Shown in pieces: positions 16,639-24,836 of a stretch of DNA of 64,000 nt. Numbering within the stretch: position 1 is the first letter of the stretch; every line of letters starts with the position of its first letter. The position numbers and the translations under genes are program-made. The notes under the pieces were generated by a model. The model searched no databases. It was given only the letters and a program-made list of their open reading frames with translations, and was not told where the DNA came from. The stretch is from an uncultured Eubacteriales bacterium (GTDB lineage: Bacteria; Acidobacteriota; Aminicenantia; Aminicenantales; UBA8522), in assembly GCA_964558915.1 (NCBI GenBank), contig CAZLFV010000002.1, forward strand, positions 20,501 through 84,500, given 5' to 3'.

Positions 16639-18978
16639 TTACCGCCAGGTGTACTTGGCCATGTTGCCGCCCAGACTTCCGATGGAGTCCGCGAGCAATT
16701 GAGCGATATAGAGGGGGTTGTGGATGAACCCGCAGGGTTCCTTCTTGCTCATCTGAAAATTATAGGCGGCCTTGAGCATGGCCGCGCTGAATCCGTACCC
16801 GTTGCTGGAAGTGAGCTCAGCAGGGTCTGCAATTCCGTCCCCGTCGGTATCTTTAAAGAAATATGGATAACTTATTTCGCTATAGACAATCGGGGCGCCG
16901 ATACTCCTCCCGTAGGCCTGAAGCTGCGTGTAAAGCGCGTCCTCGAGGCCCTTGATCTCCGCCTGCAGGGATTCGTTCTTGTTCCCATCTCCGTCGTAGT
17001 CAGGAGTCTGGGCCGGCCGGATCCCTTCGAACTCGAACTGGCTGGGGTCAGCGCCTGGATGGGGCTGGGCGATGTCCTGGCCATGGCAGGGCGCGCAATC
17101 GGCGGGGTTGGGTGCTTGGACGTTGTGGAATAAGGCGTCCGAATCATCGTGCTTCCTGTTGAAGCTCTTGGTTCCCATGTGACACTCGACGCAATTCGTA
17201 AAAAGCCCGTTGTGGTTGGTGAATATATTGCGGCCGGCATAGGTTTTTCCGCTGAATTCGTATCCGCCGCGGACTTCGGAACCGAAGAAGGAAGCCGCCG
17301 CTGCATAATAATGGATATTGGTGAAGCTGTACGGTCCCGGGCCGCCGGCAATCGCCCTGTCAACCGAGGACTTCGAAGCTCTTCCCTGGTGGCAGTTGAG
17401 GCACAGGTTGGAGCTGTCGGCCAGGTTCACGCTCACTCCGGAGGGAAATGTCACCGGACCGGCTGGCCTCGTCTGGGGCGGCACAATATGGCAGGTCAGG
17501 CAGAGCAGGCCGTTGGAAATATCCATGGCCTTGTCAATGGTGCCGTTATCGAGCAGGTAGGGGAGGCCTTGGGCGCTGTGGCATTTGGCGCAAGTTGACG
17601 GAACCTCTCCCTCCCCGTCCCAATGCCTCCAGGCCTCGGCTGATCCGTCGAAATGCCCTTCATCAGTCCGGACAAGTCCGCGGCCGGAGCCGGGTGCATA
17701 TTGCAGATAGGCATCCGCGGCCGATTCCAAGGAGCTTCGGGCAAGAATCTCATCATTCGGCAAAGGAAAGGTTCGCTCTTGGCCGCCCGCCTTAGACCGG
17801 CGCCCCGGCCGCAAGGGCCGCGTAAGACTTGGTTTCGAGACCGGAGTCTGGGTAGCGATTTCGGCACCTCTTGAAGTATTAAGGTCCTCGATTGAATCGT
17901 AAAGGAGTTCGATGATGTATTTTCCGTTATGAACATACTGGCATGGGTCTTTAATGCAAACCTGGAGGTTATAAGCGGCCTTGAGCAGGCGGGCGGTGAA
18001 GGAGCTATACCCGTTGCTTGACTCTGCCTCATTGGAGTCGACAACTCCGTTGTCGTTTTTATCATTGAAGAAGTAGGGATACGCGATTTCGTCGTAGGCG
18101 ATCGGCTTCCCGACGACATCTCGTGCGTAAGCGCGCATCGCGTTGTACAGAATCTCCCGGATTGTCTCGATCTCGTAGAAAATCCCCTCGGTGATATTCC
18201 CGTCCCCGTCGTAGTCAACCCAGGAGCCGTAATAGCGGATGTTTTTTGGGTTTTTGACCCCAGTGTGACAGGTGTTGCAGGCGTCCAGGTCAACCTCAAG
18301 AGAGTGCGGATCATGACAAACCTGACAGGCGTTGTAGCCGGGAATATGGGCGAACCGGGAGTCGTAAGATTTTTCGGCGTATTGATATCCTCCCCGGACG
18401 ACGGTCCCGAGCTGAGTAGCGGCAGCGGCATAGTAGTGGACATTGACAAACCTCAGCCTGGAACTCGGTTCATCGTCTGAGGTGACGCCTGACCCAGCGA
18501 TCGCAGTGTCGACAGATTTTGTCGAGGCCCTTCCCTGGTGACATTCCATGCAGAGCGTTTCTGGGCCGAGGCCTTCGATTTTCACTCCCGAAGGAAAGAT
18601 TGCATAGGTGCGGTTATGGACGACGCCTTTATCAGGGTCGGAATGGCAGGCGGCACACTCGACCGTTGTGCCCAGAGGAGCGGCATTGTCGACCGTATCC
18701 GGTGCAGTTCCGTCGGCGCCCAGATAATCCCTCAACCCGGGCGTGCTGTGGCACTTGGCGCAGGTTGTCGGGACCTGGCCTTCTTCATCCCAGTGCTTGA
18801 AGGCTTCGTCCCCTTTTTGAGCATGCGCCGAAGTAGACCACAGTCTTTGCGCGTGATCTCTTTTTGACTGAGGTTTTATGACCTCGTGGCTGGCCGTTCT
18901 TGCCAGGAGAAACGAACAGATCGCAATGACAGCCAAAAGGCCTAAAAGGTATGGTCTCCTGAACATCGTCTCCTCCAA
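16639..18978 (-). CDS. Decahaem c-type cytochrome built from two tandem pentahaem modules (putative cell-surface component)
   Basis: Module 1 has CAKCH, CAACH, CMECH, CQVCH, CNTCH. Module 2 has CAKCH, CLTCH, CLNCH, CVECH, CAPCH. The two ~350-aa halves are clearly colinear (HWDxEGxVPxTCAKCHS, FPSGV, CxxCHQGRAS, HYYAAAA, RGGY, YDGDGN, YPYFF, NGY, LKAAYN). N-terminal signal peptide. Confidence 0.85.
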   Translation of the reverse strand: MEETMFRRPYLLGLLAVIAICSFLLARTASHEVIKPQSKRDHAQRLWSTSAHAQKGDEAFKHWDEEGQVPTTCAKCHSTPGLRDYLGADGTAPDTVDNAAPLGTTVECAACHSDPDKGVVHNRTYAIFPSGVKIEGLGPETLCMECHQGRASTKSVDTAIAGSGVTSDDEPSSRLRFVNVHYYAAAATQLGTVVRGGYQYAEKSYDSRFAHIPGYNACQVCHDPHSLEVDLDACNTCHTGVKNPKNIRYYGSWVDYDGDGNITEGIFYEIETIREILYNAMRAYARDVVGKPIAYDEIAYPYFFNDKNDNGVVDSNEAESSNGYSSFTARLLKAAYNLQVCIKDPCQYVHNGKYIIELLYDSIEDLNTSRGAEIATQTPVSKPSLTRPLRPGRRSKAGGQERTFPLPNDEILARSSLESAADAYLQYAPGSGRGLVRTDEGHFDGSAEAWRHWDGEGEVPSTCAKCHSAQGLPYLLDNGTIDKAMDISNGLLCLTCHIVPPQTRPAGPVTFPSGVSVNLADSSNLCLNCHQGRASKSSVDRAIAGGPGPYSFTNIHYYAAAASFFGSEVRGGYEFSGKTYAGRNIFTNHNGLFTNCVECHMGTKSFNRKHDDSDALFHNVQAPNPADCAPCHGQDIAQPHPGADPSQFEFEGIRPAQTPDYDGDGNKNESLQAEIKGLEDALYTQLQAYGRSIGAPIVYSEISYPYFFKDTDGDGIADPAELTSSNGYGFSAAMLKAAYNFQMSKKEPCGFIHNPLYIAQLLADSIGSLGGNMAKYTWR

Positions 18979-18984
18979 TTCCTC

Positions 18985-20850
18985 TTAGTTCCAGCGGTAG
19001 CCAAAGGAGAACTCGAAGATGTTGGCCGCATAATTGTTGGATCCGGACAGTTTTTCGAGGTAGTCGACGCATCTGTAGCCGACCTGAGCCATGTAGCCGG
19101 CAGTAAAAGAATACTGGATGTACGCCTTGAGCGTGGCCCGGCGGATTTCCCAGGATCCGGCGTTGGAGAAGTAGTTGGCACAGCCGCCAAAGGTCCAGTT
19201 CTGGTTGAGGTCATATGAGAGCAGCACATCCAGCAGGCTCGATCCCTGCAGGTAAGAGATCGTCCAGAGGAATGACCCGCTAGGCGTGGTCCAATAAGGA
19301 GGAAATTCGACCATCCGGTCGGCCCGGCGTCTGGCCCGAATATAGGCAAACCCTCCGGAAACATTGAACCGGCCGGCGTGGTACCCGGCGCGCAGGCTGA
19401 ATTGGTTTCCGGACGCCTTCCAGGTATTTTCATCGAATACATCTGTCTCGGAGTTGTTCCAGATGTAGGACCCGGAGAAGCTCCAAGCCTTGACTTGATA
19501 TTTTGCCGTGATCCGGAGCCTATCAAAGCAGCTCGGGGAAATGAGGGCGAAGGGATTCTCGACCTGGCTGTGCTCGTAGTCAAGGGTTAGCTTAAGTACT
19601 CGCGAGATATCCCATCTGAGATTGCCGAAGGCGCCATTGCTTGCCGTGTCGAATTCATATTCGGCCGTTTCCAGGTTTTTGAGAGTCCGTTCCTCAAAAT
19701 GATAGCCGAGGGTTAAGGCCAAGTAGGGAGTGAAGGAGTACTGAACGCCTGCGTTGAATCCCAGAGTTTCATATCCAAAATCCTCTGTGTCGCCGCCTTG
19801 GTCGCCAGTCATAGCGCCGGTTTGGTCAAAGTTGTGAAAACGGAAGGCGGCCATAACCGTGAGCTTGCTTGACAAGGTGTATGTGGCATCCAACTCGTAG
19901 AGCTGGATGTTACGGGAGAAGTCTCCCTTGCCGGTATAGCTGTAGGCGAAATTTCTATTCAGGTAGCTGACCCCGAGTGCTCGCTCGGAATAATCAAGGT
20001 CCATGTCGAGCGCCGATAATTGGACCGATGCAGTCAAGAAGAATCTGTCCGTCGGCCTCGCATTGAACCAGAAAGAGCTGGTTACGGATTTCAAATCGTA
20101 GGGCTGATTCAGGAAAAAATAATAGAGTGAGGCGGGGTTCTCGGCCTCCGGCCCGCCGTCCACGTACCCGGGCAGGAAGAGGCTGTTCTGGTTCTTATAC
20201 TTCAGGAATTTTTCTTCTGCCACAAAGGAATAGCGGTTGAAATGGAGGTTCAAACCGACAGCGATCTCTTTCGACTCCTCCTGGACTGGCTTGTCCATCT
20301 CGAATTCCATCCGGTTGACGTTGAGGCTAGTTGTGCCCGCCCCCTTTTTAGTAAACCGGTCGAAGCTCAGATAAAAGTCGGCTTGCTTGGCCAGGGAGAT
20401 TCTGGCCAAGCCGCTATCCCTGACCCGGTCAAAATCGAAACGGTGAAGGTCATAAAGCCCGCCATCGCCCATATTCAGGTCATTATAGAAATAGTTCGCT
20501 TTTCTCCTGTCGTACTGCAATAGATACTTGCCATACTTCTGGAGCGATGCGGAGATAGTTTCGAAGGGATCTCCACCCAGGTTGAACATCCGGAGGTTCA
20601 GCCGGTCAAAAACTTTTTTGAGGTCGTTCTGCGGAGAATAGACCAGGTTGAAACTATAAAGCCGGGCGCCGCCGGAGAGATTGTAATCTTCTTTATAGTT
20701 GGAGACAGCGCCGGGCCCGCTGAGGTTTACGGAGCGAAACCCAAGGAGGAAATCGCCCGAAAAGTCACTGTTTTGGGCTCCCAGAGAGAGAGACAGGAAG
20801 AACGCCAGAACAACACCCAGGAATGCCGTGATTGTCTTTCTGCTGTTCAT
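18985..20850 (-). CDS. Outer-membrane beta-barrel protein, putative MtrB/PioB-like porin of a porin-cytochrome complex
   Basis: Signal peptide MNSRKTITAFLGVVLAFFLSLSLGAQ, preceded by AGGAGA. About 600 aa of alternating amphipathic beta-strand pattern. The terminal FEFSFGYRWN is an OMP-like aromatic-rich C-terminus. Flanked by decahaem genes on both sides. Confidence 0.65.
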   Translation of the reverse strand: MNSRKTITAFLGVVLAFFLSLSLGAQNSDFSGDFLLGFRSVNLSGPGAVSNYKEDYNLSGGARLYSFNLVYSPQNDLKKVFDRLNLRMFNLGGDPFETISASLQKYGKYLLQYDRRKANYFYNDLNMGDGGLYDLHRFDFDRVRDSGLARISLAKQADFYLSFDRFTKKGAGTTSLNVNRMEFEMDKPVQEESKEIAVGLNLHFNRYSFVAEEKFLKYKNQNSLFLPGYVDGGPEAENPASLYYFFLNQPYDLKSVTSSFWFNARPTDRFFLTASVQLSALDMDLDYSERALGVSYLNRNFAYSYTGKGDFSRNIQLYELDATYTLSSKLTVMAAFRFHNFDQTGAMTGDQGGDTEDFGYETLGFNAGVQYSFTPYLALTLGYHFEERTLKNLETAEYEFDTASNGAFGNLRWDISRVLKLTLDYEHSQVENPFALISPSCFDRLRITAKYQVKAWSFSGSYIWNNSETDVFDENTWKASGNQFSLRAGYHAGRFNVSGGFAYIRARRRADRMVEFPPYWTTPSGSFLWTISYLQGSSLLDVLLSYDLNQNWTFGGCANYFSNAGSWEIRRATLKAYIQYSFTAGYMAQVGYRCVDYLEKLSGSNNYAANIFEFSFGYRWN

Positions 20851-20860
20851 CACTGTTCTC

Positions 20861-21756
20861 CTATTTGAGGAATTTCTTGTCCAGGTTCGAACCATGAATC
20901 GAGGAATGACAGGTCACGCAATTGGTCCCCTGAGAAGTGAAACTGCCGTGCCAGGCCGGCGCCTCAGAGTGACAGCTGAAGCACAGGTCGGCGATGTTCT
21001 GCTCAGTCAACATATGGCGGTTGGGCGACCCATGGGCCTGGTGGCAGATATTGCAGCCCTCGACCCGGGAGGCCTGGTGTTCATGGAGAAAAGGACCCCC
21101 TTTGTCGGTGTGGCAGCGGATGCACTCCTCTTGTTTGAACCCGGCCAGTCGTATCCGGAGAGCCGGTTCATGCGGATTGTGGCAGGAAGTACAGGTTACA
21201 ATTCCTTCCTGAAGCCGGTGCCGCCTATTCAGCTGGAACTCGGCGAAGACGTCCTCGTGGCAGCGCGCGCAATCTGTGTTTTTCTGAGTTTTGAGAAGCG
21301 GAGAAGCAGCAACCTCGCCGTGAATGTGGTGGCAGGTGGTGCAATCGAGCGAGGCTTTCCCATGCGGGCTGTTGGTGAACCGGGGGCTGTCTTTTTCATG
21401 ACAGGTCAGGCATTTCTGCGTTTTTGCGCTGGCCGGGTTGGAGGCGGCAAAAGAGAATACGCCCGCCTTGCCTCCTTCGTCCACGTGTTGTTCCGCGCTC
21501 CCGTGGCAGGCCGTGCAGGTCGGTTCGGTCAAGCCGGCATGGGGCCGGGAGGAGAATCTCTTGACCACTTCTTCGTGACAAGTGCCGCACGTTTGCGTGT
21601 CTTTCGCCTGGGCTGTCGGCTTGGCCGCGACCCCAACGCGACGACGGCGGCGAATGCGGCCATGAGGCCGATCGTCGAGAGCGGGGCAGTCCTTAATTTT
21701 CTTTTCCTTTGTGCTGACAACTCCAACCTGCTTGAGAAACTCTTCGTCCATCTCAT
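20861..21756 (-). CDS. MtrA/DmsE-like periplasmic decahaem c-type cytochrome, apparently frameshifted near the 5' end
   Basis: 10 CxxCH in about 240 aa: CGTCH, CTACH, CLTCH, CTTCH, CARCH, CTSCH, CIRCH, CNICH, CFSCH, CVTCH. The haem frame (ATG 21751) has no hydrophobic leader. The overlapping frame from ATG 21756 encodes KRKLRTAPLSTIGLMAAFAAVVALG. Confidence 0.8.
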
Positions 21757-21799
21757 CTCTTTATTGACTAAACTTATCTATTCTATAAATTCCATAGGT

Positions 21800-21828
21800 T
21801 TTATAATAAATGGCGCGGAAAATGTCAA
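21800..21828 (-). promoter_or_regulatory. Sigma70-type promoter P1 for the porin-cytochrome module
   Basis: Minus strand reads TTGACA (21828-21823), a 17-nt spacer, then TATAAA (21805-21800). It lies about 45 nt upstream of the first ATG. Confidence 0.6.
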
Positions 21829-21918
21829 GAGGAAAAGGATTGTTTTATAGACCGGCAGACCGCCGGACTCAGAACGCAAAAACAGTCTCTTGAGGGAGGA
21901 GAAAGAGACGGTCCGGAA

Positions 21919-22383
21919 TCAGCGTCGAACTCGGGCTTTCTCCTTGCCTTTGGCCTTCTTTTTTCCGCAGACATCCAGGACGTACTGGAGGGTGACCCTT
22001 TCGAAATAGTTTTTCAGGATCTGGCTGGCCTCTTTCCAGATCTCGTAGGCGGCGCAGGTCGGGAGACGGTCGCAAAAATCTTTATCCTCGATGCAGTCGA
22101 CGAGGGCGCAGGACCCTTCCAAGGCTTCCAGAATTTTGCAGAGATTGATCTCCGACGGCTTGCGGGCGAGAGTATAGCCGCCGCCCGCGCCGCGAATGCT
22201 TTTTACGAGCTTGTAGATCTTCAAAGGGATGATGATCTGCTCGAGGTAGCGGAGGGAAATCTCCTCCTCCTCAGCCACGTTTCTCAGGATGACTGCCTTT
22301 GTGCCGCTGGTATAATGGCGGGCGAGGTTTAACATGAGGCGGAGGCCGTATCTTCCCTTGGTGGAGACTTTGATCATGCTCAC
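21919..22383 (-). CDS. Rrf2-family transcriptional regulator with a Cys cluster (probable Fe-S sensor)
   Basis: MIKVSTKGRYGLRLMLNLARHY plus a winged-helix region (ISLRYLEQIIIPL, SIRGAGGGYTLA). Cys cluster CALVDCIEDKDFCDRLPTC. Lys-rich tail. Confidence 0.85.
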   Translation of the reverse strand: MSMIKVSTKGRYGLRLMLNLARHYTSGTKAVILRNVAEEEEISLRYLEQIIIPLKIYKLVKSIRGAGGGYTLARKPSEINLCKILEALEGSCALVDCIEDKDFCDRLPTCAAYEIWKEASQILKNYFERVTLQYVLDVCGKKKAKGKEKARVRR

Positions 22384-22555
22384 CTCCTTAATAACAAGTT
22401 CGCAGCGATGATGATAAAAACCCTGCGCAACACAAGTATTTTATTTGAATTTCTCAGTTATTTCAACATAATTTTATAGATTCTATAAGAATTATAAGAA
22501 AATATAACCCCGGCCCACAACGGAGCCCCGTCGTTCGTCGGAGCACCGCTTCGGC

Positions 22556-22584
22556 TTGACACTCCAAGCCGGGATTTGTATTCT
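22556..22584 (+). promoter_or_regulatory. Candidate promoter for the iorAB-acd operon
   Basis: TTGACA (22556-22561), a 17-nt spacer, then TATTCT (22579-22584). The -10 box is weak. Confidence 0.35.
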
Positions 22585-22646
22585 TTAGACTCATCCCAAT
22601 TCCCTGATAGAAGACAATGTGGGTGAGTCGGTCATAAGGACAAATC

Positions 22647-24245
22647 ATGATAACAGAAATCTTGCTCGGCGATGAGGCCGTTGCCCTGGCCGCCGTACAC
22701 GCCGGCCTCACCGCGGCCTATTCGTATCCGGGAACTCCGGCGACGGAAATTATGGAGTACTTGATCAAAGCCGCGTCCAAGTCCAAGGGGCTCAAAGCTT
22801 CCTGGTCGGTGAACGAAAAAGTCGCCTACGAGGAAGCTCTGGGTGTCTCGTTTGCCGGAAAACGGGCGCTGGTCTCGATGAAACACGTGGGATTAAACGT
22901 GGCGGCGGACCCATTCATGAACTCCGCCCTCACGGGGACGAACGGCGGCCTGGCCGTTGTCATCGCCGATGACCCCAGCATGCACAGCTCCCAGAACGAG
23001 CAGGACAGCCGCTACTATGCCCAGTTCGCCCTGATCTTTTGTTTCGAGCCCTCAAATCACCAGGAAGCCTATGATATGACCCGCCGCGCCTTTGACCTTT
23101 CTGAAGAAATGGGGATTCCGGTAATGATCAGGCTCGTCACCCGGCTCTCTCACAGCCGTTCGAGCGTCGTGCCCCGTCCCGCCAGGGAAGAGAATCCGCT
23201 TCATCATGGCGCCTGGACAGACTGGACGCTCCTTCCAGTCAATGCCAGACGACGCTTCAAAATGCTGCTTGAGAAGCAGGCCGAGCTTGTCAAGTTATCA
23301 GAAGGATCAGATTTCAATTCTCTGGCGGTCAACGAGGACGACCGTTCAGTCGGGGTGATCGCTTCGGGAATTGCCTACAATTATGTCAGGGAAAACCTCA
23401 GAGATATCCGGAGAGGCCCATCCCTTCTCAAAATCGGCACTTATCCGCTTCCGCAAAAGCTCGTGGAAAATCTCGTGCGGCATGTGGAGACAGTCCTTGT
23501 CGTCGAGGAAGGCTATCCCTTCATCGAGAAAACCTTGCGCGGGACATTTGGCCTGCCCGGGAAAACAATCAAAGGAAAGCTGAGCGGCCATCTTCCGCTT
23601 CAAGGAGAACTTTCTCCCGAAATCGTTCGAGCCGCGCTCGGGCTCAAACCGCTGGATCGGCATAAAGTTGCCGAGTTCGAACTTGCCGCTCGGCCCCCCC
23701 AGCTCTGCCAGGGCTGTCCGCATGCCGATACTTTTCATGCCCTGAACAAGGTTCTCCAGGACTACCCTGGCGCCAACGTTTTCAGCGATATCGGCTGCTA
23801 CACGCTCGGAGCTTTTCCCCCGTACAGTGCTGTCCAGACCTGCGTGTGCATGGGCGCGAGCGTCGGCATGGCCAAGGGCGGCGCCGAGGCGGGGATCTTC
23901 CCTTCTGTGGCCGTGATCGGTGATTCGACGTTCGGACATTCCGGGCTGACGCCCCTGCTTGAGGCGGCGGCCGCCAACACAAACATGATTGTGATCATCC
24001 TGGACAACAGCACAGTGGCTATGACCGGAGGTCAGCCGAGCTACGCCTCTGGAGGAAGCCTTCTCAAGATGATCGAAGGCCTCGGAGTGCCCAAAGAGCA
24101 CATCCGGGTTATCAAGCCATTGCCCAAGAACCTAGAGAATAACGCTAGAGTGATTCGAGAAGAGATCGATCATAACGGGATTTCTGTCATCGTGGCCGTG
24201 CGGGAATGCCTCGTGGAGGCAAGGAAAAAGAGGAGGAGCGGATAG
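22647..24245 (+). CDS. iorA: Indolepyruvate:ferredoxin oxidoreductase alpha subunit (TPP enzyme)
   Basis: N-terminus LLGDEAVALAAVHAGLTAAYSYPGTPATEIMEYL. CQGCPH motif and TPP-binding region GDSTFGHSG. Followed directly by iorB. No CxxCxxCxxxCP ferredoxin motif is present in this ORF. Confidence 0.8.
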   Translation: MITEILLGDEAVALAAVHAGLTAAYSYPGTPATEIMEYLIKAASKSKGLKASWSVNEKVAYEEALGVSFAGKRALVSMKHVGLNVAADPFMNSALTGTNGGLAVVIADDPSMHSSQNEQDSRYYAQFALIFCFEPSNHQEAYDMTRRAFDLSEEMGIPVMIRLVTRLSHSRSSVVPRPAREENPLHHGAWTDWTLLPVNARRRFKMLLEKQAELVKLSEGSDFNSLAVNEDDRSVGVIASGIAYNYVRENLRDIRRGPSLLKIGTYPLPQKLVENLVRHVETVLVVEEGYPFIEKTLRGTFGLPGKTIKGKLSGHLPLQGELSPEIVRAALGLKPLDRHKVAEFELAARPPQLCQGCPHADTFHALNKVLQDYPGANVFSDIGCYTLGAFPPYSAVQTCVCMGASVGMAKGGAEAGIFPSVAVIGDSTFGHSGLTPLLEAAAANTNMIVIILDNSTVAMTGGQPSYASGGSLLKMIEGLGVPKEHIRVIKPLPKNLENNARVIREEIDHNGISVIVAVRECLVEARKKRRSG

Positions 24246-24836
24246 ATGAAGCAAGATATCATCCTGGCCGGTGTCGGAGGGCAGGGCATCCTCTCGATCG
24301 CTTTTGTTATCGACAGCGCCGCTCTCAAAGAAGGCCTCATGGTCAAAGAAGCAGAAGTCCATGGCATGTCGCAGCGCGGCGGAGCAGTCCAATCGCACCT
24401 CCGGCTCTCCCAGGAACAGATTTTTAGCGACCTTATTCCCAAAGGCGAAGCCGACCTTATTTTAAGCGTCGAGCCTCTTGAAACGCTCCGTTATTTGGAT
24501 TATCTCCGGCCCGAGGGCACGGTGATTTCCAGTCGCTCTCCCTTTGTGAACATCCCCGACTATCCTGACCTCGAAAAAATCCTGACCGCCATCTCCCGGG
24601 CGGGACGTCACCTCCTCGTCGATTCCGAAGAACTCGCCAAGAAGGCGGGCTCATCGCGCACGCAGAACATGGTCATGCTGGGCGCAGCGTCTCGGTTGCT
24701 CATGGTCAAAAAGGAAAATCTTGTCGAGTTCATAGAAACGCTCTTCAAGCCGAGGGGAGAGAATATTGTCACGGCCAATCTGAGGGCCTTTGAGCTCGGC
24801 CGCGAAGAAGCCGGCCTGTTGGCGGAAAAAAGATGA
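24246..24836 (+). CDS. iorB: Indolepyruvate:ferredoxin oxidoreductase beta subunit
   Basis: MKQDIILAGVGGQGILSIAFVI and EVHGMSQRGGAVQSHLR are typical of the 2-oxoacid oxidoreductase gamma-type domain of IorB. The start abuts the iorA stop. Confidence 0.85.
   Translation: MKQDIILAGVGGQGILSIAFVIDSAALKEGLMVKEAEVHGMSQRGGAVQSHLRLSQEQIFSDLIPKGEADLILSVEPLETLRYLDYLRPEGTVISSRSPFVNIPDYPDLEKILTAISRAGRHLLVDSEELAKKAGSSRTQNMVMLGAASRLLMVKKENLVEFIETLFKPRGENIVTANLRAFELGREEAGLLAEKR

Noticed and set aside
22483-22500. Direct repeat TATAAGAAT/TATAAGAAA in the Rrf2-iorA divergent region, considered as a regulator-binding site.
   Set aside because: It is very AT-rich, short and not an inverted repeat as expected for Rrf2 dimers. 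It cannot be distinguished from promoter-region composition.
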